From Saccharolobus islandicus REY15A (lineage in GTDB: Archaea > Thermoproteota > Thermoprotei_A > Sulfolobales > Sulfolobaceae), in NCBI RefSeq assembly GCF_000189555.1, contig NC_017276.1: 64,000 bases of DNA. One strand, written 5' to 3'. Positions 43,153 to 54,258 of the stretch are shown here, piece after piece. A model generated the notes under the pieces. The model saw nothing but the letters and a program-made list of their open reading frames with translations, did no database searches and was not told where the DNA came from. A program made the translations under genes and the position numbers. Position 1 is the stretch's first letter; every line of letters starts with the position of its first letter.

Positions 43153-43372
43153 ATTGAGCGCAATAATTATTTTCGCATGTTATTATTAAGCTTAATTATC
43201 ACCTCCTTATTTGCTATTATTCCTAATACTCTTGTCAATCTCATTGCCTATTTCAACTGCCCTCTTATATGATGCCTCTATTGTCTCAATTAACGCTGAC
43301 TTAACGCTCTTAGCTTCCATAACCATGAGTCCCCTTATTGTGGTACCGACTGGTGTAGTAACTTGATCACGT

Positions 43373-44600
43373 GAGAGTGTCCGGAATGTAAAAAACTGAA
43401 TTTTAATTTTTGAGAATAAATTGATTCTTAGCATTATTTTGGATTAAATTGTAGTAATACTTAAGTTATGGGAGGAGAGAGTAGTACCATGGCACGTACA
43501 CTAAGACGCATCCCAAACTTAGTGTACTATTCTCTCCCCCCAAGAGAGGATATGCCGTGGAGGGAAAAATGGTTAACGGATATCAAACCCGTGCTAGACA
43601 CCCTAGATCTAGAAAGAGTTCTAGGAGAAGGCACTCTGATTTACCTGAAGTTACTAATCGTCATGGTACTCTACTCCTGTTCCTATAGAGACGCGGTAAA
43701 GATGGTCAACGTGAACGTCGTTGTGGCGTGGTTCGTTGGGAGGAAAGTGGGTAAGAGCACATTACACGATTTCGTGGGAAGAGTATACGAAGTGAGGAAG
43801 AAGTTGCTGGAAATTTCCTTCAAGCTTGAGGAGAAGTGCCTACCCAGTTACCTCCCTGCCAGTGCCCACTCCCTGGACTTCATTGCGTGGCTCGTTGACT
43901 CCTTCCTTCTAGACTTACCTTTTGGGAAGAGGAGCGTGGAGACCTTCCGAGAGAAGGCAGAGCTGGAGAAGAAGGAAGGTAACTTGAAGAAGGCCAAGAA
44001 GCTGCTCTCCTTGGGGAGAACTAAGAGGAGATTCAAGGGGAAGTGGACCAAGAAGAGGGGAGTCTCTCACTTCGGGCTGAAGGCCCTAATAGTTATCTCC
44101 ACTTCCCTCTTCGTAAGGTCCATCACGGTGAAGCCTGCCAACTTCTCGGATAAGAGATTTAAGTCCCCGCTCAAGGGGATTAAGATAGCTGATAGGGGTT
44201 TCTCGCCCTCCCCAACCCAGCTCATAGCTATGGAGAAACCTTTCACGACTCTGAGGGCCCACGTGGAGTTCTTCGGTACCTTCCTGTACAAGTTCTGGAG
44301 GCCCTATGGGACCACGGTGTGGAGGAACGAAGCCTTCCTCCACGTCCTGGGAGTCTTCTACAATATCAGGATGTTCCTAGCCGTCCAACGGAGAACCCCT
44401 CCAGGACGTCGAATAGTTCAACTCTAAGAAACGTCATCACGCACTCAAGCATCACCATGCATGACAAATAAATCTTCTTAACTTGATATTTTTCCATGAT
44501 CAAGTTTTTCCAGATTAACCAGGTTTTATACTTCTGATAATATTAATATTTATCATTCCATTTATATATTCATTCAGATAATTACATTCCGGACATTCTC
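43373..44600 (+). mobile_element. IS5-family element (1228 bp, ISC1234-like)
   Basis: IRs GAGAGTGTCCGGAATGTAA / TTACATTCCGGACATTCTC; 4-bp TSD ACGT (43369-72, 44601-04). Confidence 0.85.
43468..44427 (+). CDS. DDE transposase (IS5 family)
   Basis: LVDSFLLD, KIADRGF, HVEFF DDE residues; spans the element. Confidence 0.82.
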   Translation: MGGESSTMARTLRRIPNLVYYSLPPREDMPWREKWLTDIKPVLDTLDLERVLGEGTLIYLKLLIVMVLYSCSYRDAVKMVNVNVVVAWFVGRKVGKSTLHDFVGRVYEVRKKLLEISFKLEEKCLPSYLPASAHSLDFIAWLVDSFLLDLPFGKRSVETFREKAELEKKEGNLKKAKKLLSLGRTKRRFKGKWTKKRGVSHFGLKALIVISTSLFVRSITVKPANFSDKRFKSPLKGIKIADRGFSPSPTQLIAMEKPFTTLRAHVEFFGTFLYKFWRPYGTTVWRNEAFLHVLGVFYNIRMFLAVQRRTPPGRRIVQL

Positions 44601-44770
44601 ACGTAATAGCATAGGATGATCTATTCTACCCTCCTTAAGCATAATTATAGTTCCACTTATCATATCCAAAACCGCATTGTAGGCTATCTCTCTTTGCATT
44701 CCACAAGCAACTGCACCTAAACTTAACGCATCTATAATTTCAGATATAAAAGCTGGACCACTGCCTACTA

Positions 44771-45991
44771 CGGTAGACCCAAAATCATATTAGAAAAAAT
44801 ATTTCTGGTAGGATAATATCGAATTTATAAAAGATAAAGAAATTTATAAGAGTATAAAGAATTCAATTGAAGAAAGGATTTAAGGTGAGGGAGATGGCGT
44901 ATTACCATGTGAATAACCAAGATGGTAACACCAAGTCTCCCTCACCAAAATAATATTCAACAAATAGGATATAAATTACTTTCCATGCTAAACTTCCAAG
45001 GGGAAAAGGTAGAGGAGGTAGCGAAAACTCTCATCTCCGCGTGTTTGTGGAACGATTCAGTAGAGAACAAGTCCAGAGCGTATGACGTATCCCCACAGAC
45101 CGTGAGGAATTACGTAGAGAAACAAGGGATGGAAGTGACTGAAAAGCTATTGGAAAGAGCTAGGAAAATATCCTTGGAGATATTAAAGGGAGTGAATGAG
45201 ATAGATCTTTCAATAGACTGGACAACCAAGATATGGTACGGGAAACCAGTGAAAGGGCTCGGGAGCTCTGAAAAAGGAAACTCGTGGAACTACGCAACTG
45301 CAACAACCAAGTATAAGGGGAAAGTGCTTTTACTTGCCTTTATTCCGCAAGTGAACGGTATGACTAAGGACGAGATAGTGAAGGCTCTTGTTGAACAAGT
45401 AATGGCAATGGGATTCAAGATAAGGTTGATAACTCTTGACGCTGGTTTCTATACTGTTGACGTGCTCAACTTCATTTCACAGTTTAAGTACATAATTGCT
45501 GTTCCGGTTGGGGACGTGAAGGTGTACGAGGAGTTTGACGGGGATTACACAACTAATAGTAAGAGGCATAGGAGGGATGAGCAGGTCAAGTTCAGGCTTC
45601 TCGTGTACAGCAAGGAAAAAGTGGGGAGAAAGAAGAAGAGTCTTGTTTACTTCGCTAGGGCTACTAACCTAGACCTATCCAAGAGGGAAGTGTTGGATTT
45701 GTACAATAAGGTAAGAGGTCCCATAGAGACCTCTTATAGGAACATTAAGGCTTTTCTTCCATTTACTAGTTCTACTAAGTTTGTTTTCCGCACGTTGATC
45801 TTCGTGCTGGCCCTTGTACTCTACTCCTTATATACCATATTCAAGGGGGAGGTGGGGAGAGAGGAGTTTAGATTATTATTAATTCTTTTATTTCCTGATT
45901 TATTCAATCCAGAGAATTTTACATTTAATATAGTTGAAACGCTTATTTATACTATAGATTTATTTTTAAGGAGGTGATTTTGGGTCTACCG
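44771..45991 (+). mobile_element. ISH3-family element (1221 bp, ISC1225/ISC1200-like)
   Basis: Perfect 17-bp IRs CGGTAGACCCAAAATCA; 5-bp TSD TACTA (44766-70, 45992-96). Confidence 0.88.
44922..45977 (+). CDS. DDE transposase (ISH3 family), apparently intact
   Basis: SIDWTT, LDAGFY, RGPIETSYRNIK motifs. Confidence 0.88.
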   Translation: MVTPSLPHQNNIQQIGYKLLSMLNFQGEKVEEVAKTLISACLWNDSVENKSRAYDVSPQTVRNYVEKQGMEVTEKLLERARKISLEILKGVNEIDLSIDWTTKIWYGKPVKGLGSSEKGNSWNYATATTKYKGKVLLLAFIPQVNGMTKDEIVKALVEQVMAMGFKIRLITLDAGFYTVDVLNFISQFKYIIAVPVGDVKVYEEFDGDYTTNSKRHRRDEQVKFRLLVYSKEKVGRKKKSLVYFARATNLDLSKREVLDLYNKVRGPIETSYRNIKAFLPFTSSTKFVFRTLIFVLALVLYSLYTIFKGEVGREEFRLLLILLFPDLFNPENFTFNIVETLIYTIDLFLRR

Positions 45992-46515
45992 TACTAGTGC
46001 AGTCCAAATATCCAAGTATTCTTCTGGAAGCCAGTATACGTTACCTAGTGTCTTAAATATGTTCTCCACTAATTCTCTACTTTTCCCGTTATTCTCAGCA
46101 ATTGTAGTAGTAGACTTATATACTATTGCATTAATGTTTGGCATGGCTCTATAAACCTCAGCATTATTAAGTAGGGTAGATAATGTAGATAACTTAACTC
46201 CTGCCATTATTGAAATTACTACCTTATCTCTCCATGACTCTATGCCAACTTGCCTTAGAACAGTAGGAAAATGCTGAGGCTTAACGCTTAAGATAATTAC
46301 ATCTGATTTATTAACTGCATAATTATTATCCTTAGTAGTCTCTACCTCTAGATCTTTTACATTTCTTAAAGTCTCATCTTTTCTCGCAGTAGCAATTACG
46401 TGGATGCTAGGATACTTTAGCCTTATTGCCCTTACTATTGCAGAACCTATTTTACCAGCTCCTAATATTCCAATAGTTAAATCTTCCATAATTTTCAAAA
46501 TGCTCTGGAACTTAA

Positions 46516-46572
46516 ATATTCAGACGGGTAAGTTATCTTCACCACTCCATGTGGTCCCTTATCATCACACAC
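46516..46572 (-). ncRNA. Chromosomal box C/D guide sRNA
   Basis: C GTGATGA (46568-62); guide TAAGGGACCACA; D' TGGA; C' GTGAAGA; guide TAACTTACCCGT; D CTGA (46523-20). Confidence 0.8.
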
Positions 46573-46573
46573 T

Positions 46574-47236
46574 TTAAGATTTCTCAGTTAAAATTTTAAG
46601 CATATATCTAGCATTATCAAGCATCCAATGATTGTTATTAAAGAACACATAAACGTACTTAGGATTCAACGAGATTATTTTATCTGCTAACTCCTTTAGT
46701 TCCTTCTCAGAGTAGTCATAAGTGTACCAAACATCTCTTCCATGCAATCTTAGGTAAACGTAATCGTTATTCTTTATAACATAAGTACCTATTGGTGAAT
46801 CTATTGAGACAATTACACAAGTAACATTAAGGGGCTTTAAGTACCATTCAATGTCCCTAAACTCAACGGCCATTTTATCCTTTAATACTTCAGCAAATTG
46901 AAATACTCTCTTCTCATTTTCTGAATTCCTCTTAAAAGTTGGTGGTAATTGAAACAAATAAAAATCTGGATTCAATGAGTCAACTATTTGTTGAAACTCT
47001 TTCCAAGACTGAAAATCTTTTAGCCTTTTCATGTGCGTGATTCTCCTATTTACCTTTACTATCCATCTAATCTCCTTAAATTTACTCCACCTTTCAACTT
47101 GTTTTCTTGTAGGATATCGATAAAACGACATATTAACCTCTACTGCGTTAAGCCCACTATTCTTAACATACCACTCTAAAGTACCATCATCATTCCAGTC
47201 ATACGCCCAGCCAGAGGTTCCAACAAAAATCTTCAT
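46574..47236 (-). CDS. DUF72 family protein
   Basis: [26 protein letters not shown]. Confidence 0.9.
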   Translation of the reverse strand: MKIFVGTSGWAYDWNDDGTLEWYVKNSGLNAVEVNMSFYRYPTRKQVERWSKFKEIRWIVKVNRRITHMKRLKDFQSWKEFQQIVDSLNPDFYLFQLPPTFKRNSENEKRVFQFAEVLKDKMAVEFRDIEWYLKPLNVTCVIVSIDSPIGTYVIKNNDYVYLRLHGRDVWYTYDYSEKELKELADKIISLNPKYVYVFFNNNHWMLDNARYMLKILTEKS

Positions 47237-48270
47237 AATACCTTTAATCCGCTACCGGTTAAAACTAATACTGCATCGTTAACACTGTATTTCTTATAAG
47301 CAGCAAATACAGTAGCAGAACTATATTCTACCAGCAGCCCCATTTTAGCCAATTCTTTCCAAGCTTCTACTATTTCATTATCGCTTACAACTATGCATTC
47401 ACTAGAAGCCTTTACCATATAATCTAATAGAAATGGTCTAGTTGATACTAAAGCGTCTGCAATGGAGGTAACCTTTTCTGGTGGTGTGTAAGAAATCTTT
47501 TTGAATTTAGCACAAAGTGGCATAACTTGCTCTGTTTGGACTGCTACGATTTTAGGCATTTCCGATATGACACCAGAATCTAGCAAGTGCTTGAACCCCT
47601 TATAAACACCTAAAAGTAAAGTTCCTGCTGATACTGGAATGAAAACATAATTAGGAATTTTCCAATCTAAATCCTTTGCAATTTCATATGCCAGAGTTCT
47701 AATCCCATCTCTAAATTGAGGTTGTAAAACATGTGATGCGTAATAGTAACCAGAATTCTCTGCAGCTTTTGCTACATCTTCTCTACTCCCCCTTACTCTA
47801 ACAACGTGAGCACCGTAGGATTCTATTTGCTTAAGTTTTCCTCCTTTTGCCGTTTCAGGAACGAAAATGTATGCCTCAATACCAGCAGCTGCAGAATACG
47901 CAGCTATTGCTGATCCTGCATTTCCAGAAGAGTCTTCACTAATTTGTTTTACACCTTTTTCCGCAAGATAAGAGACCAGAGTCACTGCTCCTCTATCCTT
48001 GTATGATCCTGATGGATTTAAGAAGTCGAGTTTAAACCATATGTTCCCCTTTTTAATTAATGGAGTTCTTCCCTCTCCTAGGGATATGAAATGTTTGATG
48101 TAAGGGAAAATCTTTTCACTATAGGGAAAACCTCTCTCAGAATTCTTATCAAATTCAAAATCTATCAGGATCTCGAATGGTCCTCCGCATTTGTTACACT
48201 TAATCTCGTATATACTTTCCCTTTCCTTTCTGCATTTCATACAAACCTCTTTTACCATACTACTAATCAC
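47233..48270 (-). CDS. thrC: Threonine synthase-like PLP enzyme
   Basis: [25 protein letters not shown]. Confidence 0.85.
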   Translation of the reverse strand: MISSMVKEVCMKCRKERESIYEIKCNKCGGPFEILIDFEFDKNSERGFPYSEKIFPYIKHFISLGEGRTPLIKKGNIWFKLDFLNPSGSYKDRGAVTLVSYLAEKGVKQISEDSSGNAGSAIAAYSAAAGIEAYIFVPETAKGGKLKQIESYGAHVVRVRGSREDVAKAAENSGYYYASHVLQPQFRDGIRTLAYEIAKDLDWKIPNYVFIPVSAGTLLLGVYKGFKHLLDSGVISEMPKIVAVQTEQVMPLCAKFKKISYTPPEKVTSIADALVSTRPFLLDYMVKASSECIVVSDNEIVEAWKELAKMGLLVEYSSATVFAAYKKYSVNDAVLVLTGSGLKVL

Positions 48271-48479
48271 GAATCTAAAGTATATAACAAGTTTGCTGGC
48301 TTTGATTATATAGGAACCTAAGAACGGGTTAAATGATAAAACTTATTCATAGTATTACTATTAAGCTATAAATTCTCTTCCTAATATACTAAACGTACAT
48401 TAAGTAAATCAGTTTAATGCCTTCTCTTCTTGAAGGTTAATTAAATTAATTGATTTGTAGGTCAATGATGACAATGTGT

Positions 48480-49112
48480 GGAAAGTCAACATTATTAAAA
48501 GTTTTGAATAGATTAATAGAGATCTATGATAGTAAAATAAAGGTTAATGGAAAGGTTCTATATTTCGGCAAAGATGTCTTTCAAATAGATGCTATAAAAC
48601 TTAGAAAAGAAGTAGGAATGGTATTTCAACAGCCTAATCCATTTCCACATCTTAGCATTTATGATAACATAGCATATCCGCTAAAGTCACACGGGATCAA
48701 AGAGAAAAGGGAAATAAAGAAAATAGTGGAGGAGTGCTTAAGAAAGGTAGGGCTATGGAAAGAAGTAGATGATAGGCTAAATAGTCCAGCTTCTCAACTC
48801 TCAGGTGGACAACAACAAAGATTAACAATAGCCAGAGCACTTGCGCTTAAGCCAAAAGTACTTTTAATGGACGAGCCTACATCTATGATTGATATAGTTA
48901 ATTCTCAAGCTATCGAGAAATTAATAACGGAGCTAAAAAATGAAATAGCTATAGTTATTGTGTCACATAATCCTCAGCAAGTCGCAAGAGTTGCTGATTA
49001 TATAGCCTTCTTATACAATGGAGAATTAGTAGAATGGGGATCTTCTAATGAAATATTTACCTCGCCAAAAAACGAGTTAACTGAAAAATACGTTATAGGT
49101 AGGATAAGTTAG
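48480..49112 (+). pseudogene. pstB: Phosphate ABC ATPase PstB, 5'-truncated within Walker A
   Basis: GKSTLLKVLNR, VFQQPNPFP, LSGGQQQRL, LLMDEPTS; GPSGS and the N-terminus are missing. Confidence 0.8.
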
Positions 49113-49252
49113 ATTTAATTAATTTCTTTGATGAAAACATAGTTAAGTTATAAAAATTTGCAACCTAATGAAAACTTAACTACATCGTGATCTAATAGAA
49201 ACATAAGCTTTAACTACAAATACAAATTACTCTGCCTCCCTTTAAACGCTTA

Positions 49253-49912
49253 TTATCCCGTAACATTAAAGAATGTTTTACCGTCAACTTGTATTTTTTT
49301 GAACTTTATACCATATACGTTGGAAAGTAGATCGTCAGAAAGATCGCTAACTCCTCCATCATATTCCAATTTTCCTTTATTGATCACGATAGCTTTATCA
49401 GCATACCTTAAAGTTTCTAGCTCATGAGAAGTAATCAGAAAGGTCTTATGGTTAAACTTCTTTAAAATATTCATCACAAAGAATTTATTTTTAACGTCAA
49501 GATTTGAAAGAGGTTCATCCATTATTACATTGTCTCCCTCAGCTAGAGCCTTTGTTACTAAGATTAGTTTTCTTTCACCAGAGCTTAAGGTGGAGAAATC
49601 TCTCTCAAGAAACTTCTCCACATTTAACTCCTTTATATATGATTCATAATTAGCCCTTTTTCTACCTGCTTTTAATACATCTAGAACTTTCATACTAGGA
49701 GAGAAAAACTCAGCTGGAGCGTATGATATTTCACCATCGACTCTTATTTCACCATCATACTTTATCATCCCAATTATCGCTCTTAGTAGCGTAGTCTTAC
49801 CACTTCCATTTGGTCCTAAAATCACATTAATACCCTTTACTGCACTAAAAGAAATGCTTGACAAAATTAATTTGCCTCCTAATCTTACACTAATATTCCT
49901 CAACGTTAACAT
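49253..49912 (-). CDS. Fe/cobalamin ABC transporter ATPase
   Basis: GPNGSGKTT, LSSGE, MDEP. Confidence 0.9.
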   Translation of the reverse strand: MLTLRNISVRLGGKLILSSISFSAVKGINVILGPNGSGKTTLLRAIIGMIKYDGEIRVDGEISYAPAEFFSPSMKVLDVLKAGRKRANYESYIKELNVEKFLERDFSTLSSGERKLILVTKALAEGDNVIMDEPLSNLDVKNKFFVMNILKKFNHKTFLITSHELETLRYADKAIVINKGKLEYDGGVSDLSDDLLSNVYGIKFKKIQVDGKTFFNVTG

Positions 49913-50876
49913 CTTTTCTCACCAACGCGAATATCATTATTGGAGCTCCCATGATTGAAAGAAGCGCAGTTAGAGGAATAAAATAACCAAAGATACCATG
50001 AGATAAAATGTTACTTAGAATTAAGATTGTTGAACCTAATAGTGAGGAATACATCACTAGCTGGCTTGTGTTTCCTCCAATTAATCTCCTAATAATATGT
50101 GGAACTATTATGCCTAAAAATCCTATAATACCGGCTATTGAAACACAGTAAGCTACTACAAGACTTATGAATAATAGCCAGAAGACTCTCTGCTTATTAG
50201 GATTTACCCCTTGAGAATAACTAATCTCATCACTTATTGATAGTAAGTCTATCAATCTAGAATTTGATAGGCTAAAGTAAAGTAAGAGAATGGCAAATAA
50301 TGATAATATTATGGCATTAAACCAGCCAACTACGCTAATATCTCCCAAGAGCCAAAAGGTAAGTGGGGGTATTTGAGGATATTTAGCGCTCATTACTGAT
50401 AATATGACCGTTACCAGAGATGAGAAAATGAACGAGACTAAAACACCACCAATCACAAGACCAAGATATCCTGATTTCTTTCCAATCATTATGGTTATCA
50501 AGGTTGCTAGCGTTGCAGTGAAGAATGCTACCAAAGGTTGGAAGTATATTATCCATGAAAAGGGCAAATTAAGCATCAGCAGTAAATACGTAAGAACTGC
50601 CCCAAAAGCCCCACCAGATGCTGTCCCACTTATATAGGGATCTACGAGTGGATTTCTCAATAACATCTGAAGAACTGCCCCAGATGTGGATAAGATTGCA
50701 CCTATGAGAATTGCCACAGTTAAGGTAGGTAATCTTATGTTAAGCAATATATAAGCGTAAACTCCGCTAGGATGAAAAATCTCGCTAATCGGTATAGTAA
50801 CATCACCGTAGAGTAACCCAAGTAAAAATGAGATAATAAATCCTATAATTAAAAAAATACCACTTAAACGAACCAT
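49890..50876 (-). CDS. FecCD/BtuC-family permease
   Basis: RNPLVDPYISG, GIIGFLGIIVPHIIR. Confidence 0.92.
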   Translation of the reverse strand: MVRLSGIFLIIGFIISFLLGLLYGDVTIPISEIFHPSGVYAYILLNIRLPTLTVAILIGAILSTSGAVLQMLLRNPLVDPYISGTASGGAFGAVLTYLLLMLNLPFSWIIYFQPLVAFFTATLATLITIMIGKKSGYLGLVIGGVLVSFIFSSLVTVILSVMSAKYPQIPPLTFWLLGDISVVGWFNAIILSLFAILLLYFSLSNSRLIDLLSISDEISYSQGVNPNKQRVFWLLFISLVVAYCVSIAGIIGFLGIIVPHIIRRLIGGNTSQLVMYSSLLGSTILILSNILSHGIFGYFIPLTALLSIMGAPIMIFALVRKDVNVEEY

Positions 50877-51833
50877 CTAAAACACCGGGAGAGTTACATT
50901 AAGATTGTTTATCACCCAATTGTCTGAAATGAAATGTGGCGCCTTTCCCTCAATTATGAGTTTAATAACTTGTATGGAATACACCGAAAGTGGTCCTGGT
51001 TCATTTAATAGGTTAGTTGCTAGATTTCCCATTATATAGACGTTACTACTATTTATTCCCTTATATTGGGAAATTAAGTAGTTGGTGTAAGTTAAATTAT
51101 ATACTTCCTGCGCAATTACGACAGAGGGTTTTATTATCAATAGTGGTGACGGGGTTAATAATGGATAGCCAGAGTAGTTCGCAAAAACGTTAATACCGCC
51201 TGCTTGAACAATTATGCTATTTATAAAAACGTTCCCGCCAGCGGTGTAGAAACTTAAATCTGGGCATATCCATAATAAATAAGCTACGCTTACATTTCCC
51301 GCAGTAGAGAAATCGCTTATTTTCTGATTCATCCAATCTATTAACTGTTGAGCTTTACTAGTTACATTAAAATACTCTCCTACTTTTAATATACAATTTT
51401 CTATCTGGGAATAGGTACTTGCAAAATCATTATTCGTAATTAAGACGTTAAGTCCAGCTTCTTTCATTTGCTCTATGTAACTTCCTATAAGCCCTTTTTC
51501 AACTACAATAACCGTTGGATGTAATAGTAGCAGGCCAGAAATATTTGGAGGAGATATTTGAGAAAACACTGTAATATTAGATGGTATATCCTTTGTGAGG
51601 TTAAGAGATTGCAATAACTGGTATGAATAGTAATCAGTTCCCACTATATATTTACCTAAGCCTAAACTTATTAGAATTTGTGTATCACTAGGTGCTAATG
51701 ATACAATTCTAAGACTATTGTTAACAGTAGCCGGTTGTAATGTAGAAGAACTCTTGTAATAATAGTAGACGGAAATTACACTCACTACTATAATTATAGC
51801 TACTATCGTACCAATCACTTTTACGCTTGGCAT
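50877..51833 (-). CDS. Fe/cobalamin ABC substrate-binding protein
   Basis: RIVSLAPSDTQIL; N-terminal anchor. Confidence 0.9.
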   Translation of the reverse strand: MPSVKVIGTIVAIIIVVSVISVYYYYKSSSTLQPATVNNSLRIVSLAPSDTQILISLGLGKYIVGTDYYSYQLLQSLNLTKDIPSNITVFSQISPPNISGLLLLHPTVIVVEKGLIGSYIEQMKEAGLNVLITNNDFASTYSQIENCILKVGEYFNVTSKAQQLIDWMNQKISDFSTAGNVSVAYLLWICPDLSFYTAGGNVFINSIIVQAGGINVFANYSGYPLLTPSPLLIIKPSVVIAQEVYNLTYTNYLISQYKGINSSNVYIMGNLATNLLNEPGPLSVYSIQVIKLIIEGKAPHFISDNWVINNLNVTLPVF

Positions 51834-51966
51834 AATGTCTGGATAGACTATCCAAACTATAAATTTTTTGGCTCAGTTAGAATAAGAAAATATTAAATTG
51901 AAGTTTATTCTATCGGCTGCCTTAGTCGTATGGTTAAAACTTCATAAACCGAATCACGTAATTTTT

Positions 51967-52851
51967 CTAAATTCTTTCCAAAGTTTTCTGGGATTCTTTC
52001 TTCCTACCCTTTTCCATAAACTTACTTATTAATGCACCAATAAAATATAGGGTAGATAAGGTTATTCCTATTACTGTTTCTATTATACCTCCAGTTGTAC
52101 CTGGTGAAATTATCCATGCGATAATAAAGGATACCAGAACTCCCCATCTCCAATTTTTAAGCCACGTAATTGACTTTACAACTCCAACGCCCGTTAAGCC
52201 GCCCATTATTAAGGGTAGTTCAAAAGACAATCCAGTAGCAATTAGCAACGTCATTACTGTACTTACAAAGGACCTTAGGCCTAAAGTTGGCTCCACTGCA
52301 GAACCTAAAGCAGTAGCATACAAGAGTATTATCCTTAACATTAAGGGAATAAGAAGAAAGTAAGCAAAGGCAGAACCTAAGGCAAACAATAAAAAGGCAG
52401 GAAATATTATACTCTTGAAAAGTTTCTTCTCATGTTCATATAATCCCGGAGCTACAAATGCCCAAATTTCCCTTACAATGATAGGGATTGTAGTAAATAT
52501 TGCCAGATACAGGGAAATATAAAAGGATGCGAAAAGTGGGTCGAACAAATTTATGATTATCAATTTCACGCCTTTAGGTAGCTCATTATATATGAAAAGC
52601 TGTGTCAGTTGTACAGATATACTATCAAATAGAGATGGGTATAAAACGGGAACTTCCGCTAAAACGTATTTAAGACCAAAGAATGGATAAGGTAAATATA
52701 CTCTAACTAATTCTAAACCCAGCATGAAATATATCATAAAAGTTATTGCGAGAGCAATTAAAATTCTCCTTAATCTGTACGCCAATTCTCTCAAATGTTC
52801 TATTAAAGGTCTTTCTTCAAGCTTTTCAACCTCTCTAGTTCTTTCCGTCAC
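51967..52851 (-). CDS. tatC: Twin-arginine translocase subunit TatC
   Basis: PLIEHLRELAYRLRR, FVAPGLYEHEK, FELP. Confidence 0.95.
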   Translation of the reverse strand: MTERTREVEKLEERPLIEHLRELAYRLRRILIALAITFMIYFMLGLELVRVYLPYPFFGLKYVLAEVPVLYPSLFDSISVQLTQLFIYNELPKGVKLIIINLFDPLFASFYISLYLAIFTTIPIIVREIWAFVAPGLYEHEKKLFKSIIFPAFLLFALGSAFAYFLLIPLMLRIILLYATALGSAVEPTLGLRSFVSTVMTLLIATGLSFELPLIMGGLTGVGVVKSITWLKNWRWGVLVSFIIAWIISPGTTGGIIETVIGITLSTLYFIGALISKFMEKGRKKESQKTLERI

Positions 52852-53152
52852 TAGCTTTCAGCCTCTCCAATTCCTCTTGTAATCGTTTTATTTGAGCCTC
52901 TAATTCTTTAACTCTTTCTTGATTTGTAACCTTTACGTATTTGAAATTAGACCCAGTAAAAGGAGTGTTATTAGTAGCCTCTACACTATTCAATTCCCTC
53001 ATTAACTCGTTCTTGAATTCGTTTTGTCTTTTCCTTATTTCACCTAAAAACCTCCCTATTGACTTAGCGGTATTTCCAGCATTTTTATCTCCGGCCATCA
53101 ACAGTATAAACACAACTACCACTACTAAAAAGTCACTTAAGTTGCTAATCAT
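52835..53152 (-). CDS. TatA/TatB-family subunit
   Basis: Single TM, amphipathic helix (KSIGRFLGEIRK), coiled-coil tail. Confidence 0.75.
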   Translation of the reverse strand: MISNLSDFLVVVVVFILLMAGDKNAGNTAKSIGRFLGEIRKRQNEFKNELMRELNSVEATNNTPFTGSNFKYVKVTNQERVKELEAQIKRLQEELERLKASDGKN

Positions 53153-53188
53153 TCCTATCTCACCTAAGTAAAAAAAGTATTTATTATT

Positions 53189-53473
53189 TTATTGATTCTG
53201 CTTAGATTTCTTTAACTCCTCTAACTGTTTCTGTAATTCGGCTATTTGTTTCTCTAGGTCTTGAACATTAGGTTGCTGTTGTTGAACTAACGGTTGTTGA
53301 AGGTTTTGTGCTTGCATTTGCTGCAACTCCATTTCGGCCTCTACTCTACCCTTCTTGAACTCTCCAACAGCTCTCCCCATCGATCTAAATAGTTCTGGTA
53401 TTTTGGATGCTCCAAAGAATAGTACAGCAACTACTACTAGTATTATGATCCAATCGTAAGGGTATGTTAACAT
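53189..53473 (-). CDS. tatA: TatA subunit
   Basis: LFFGASKIPELFRSMGRAVGEFKKG. Confidence 0.9.
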   Translation of the reverse strand: MLTYPYDWIIILVVVAVLFFGASKIPELFRSMGRAVGEFKKGRVEAEMELQQMQAQNLQQPLVQQQQPNVQDLEKQIAELQKQLEELKKSKQNQ

Positions 53474-53549
53474 TTTCCCATCCTTATAAGAAAAGTCGTA
53501 TTGTGAGATTAAAAACTTTGTTTTCATTCGAGTGGGAGGTTAGATAGTA

Positions 53550-54182
53550 TTAAAATAATTCAAACCAATCCGATATTTCACATAATGAATCCAATATCTT
53601 TGCATCGTACTTTCTTGCCTCTTCTACATTTAGAGGAACACTACTCCTTACCACTATAATCTCCCTTATTCCAGCTGAATAGTATGCCATTACATCATAG
53701 ATTGTATCTCCTACTCCTACGCTTTCATTAGGATCTACACTTAATCTTTTAATTGCCTCTATTACCGGCATAGGATTAGGCTTTCCTAGTTTAACATCAT
53801 CCCCTGTAATTAGGACATCTGGTTCTACATTAATTACCTTTAAAACTTGAACAGCAGAGTTACGCATCGACGAGGTTACCACTGCAATAGGTATTTCCAC
53901 ATCTCTTAAACGATTTATTAGCTCCATTACGCAAGGTTTAGGTTTTGCCAAAGTTTTCACTAATTCGTTATAAATTTCGGTTTTTACAGAAGCCAATTTT
54001 TCCGCATGACTCTCCCCAATCAAAATCTTTGCTATGTCTATCGTTTTCCTACCAAGCAAATATCTAATATCCACTTTAACGTCATATCCCAGTTTTCGTA
54101 AAGCAATTTCCCAGGCTAATTTGTGAACTTCATCCGTATTCGCTAAAGTGCCATCTAGGTCAAATATTACTGCTTTTCTCAT
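53550..54182 (-). CDS. HAD-family phosphatase (beta-phosphoglucomutase-like)
   Basis: FDLDGTL, VVTSS, GKPNP, GDTIYD. Confidence 0.88.
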   Translation of the reverse strand: MRKAVIFDLDGTLANTDEVHKLAWEIALRKLGYDVKVDIRYLLGRKTIDIAKILIGESHAEKLASVKTEIYNELVKTLAKPKPCVMELINRLRDVEIPIAVVTSSMRNSAVQVLKVINVEPDVLITGDDVKLGKPNPMPVIEAIKRLSVDPNESVGVGDTIYDVMAYYSAGIREIIVVRSSVPLNVEEARKYDAKILDSLCEISDWFELF

Positions 54183-54258
54183 AAGTTATAACCTTAATGG
54201 AAATATTAAAGTTTTAACACAGTAAGTCCTAAATATGAATAAAGAGTAGTATAGTTTA

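Larger units (their letters stand above)
43207..46498 (-). pseudogene. proC: Pyrroline-5-carboxylate reductase split in three by two IS (46498-45992, 44765-44601, 43368-43207)
   Basis: Removing both IS plus one TSD copy each restores a 277-aa ORF: GILGAGKIG...RAMPN...TALV|GSGPAF...LLR|DQVTTPVGTTIRGL. Confidence 0.93.

Noticed and set aside
43369-43434. N-terminal part of track ORF 43207-43434
   Set aside because: Derived from the IS5 terminus; only 43207-43368 is proC.
48465-48490. ATGATGA upstream of pstB as a C box
   Set aside because: No D' or D box at the expected spacing.
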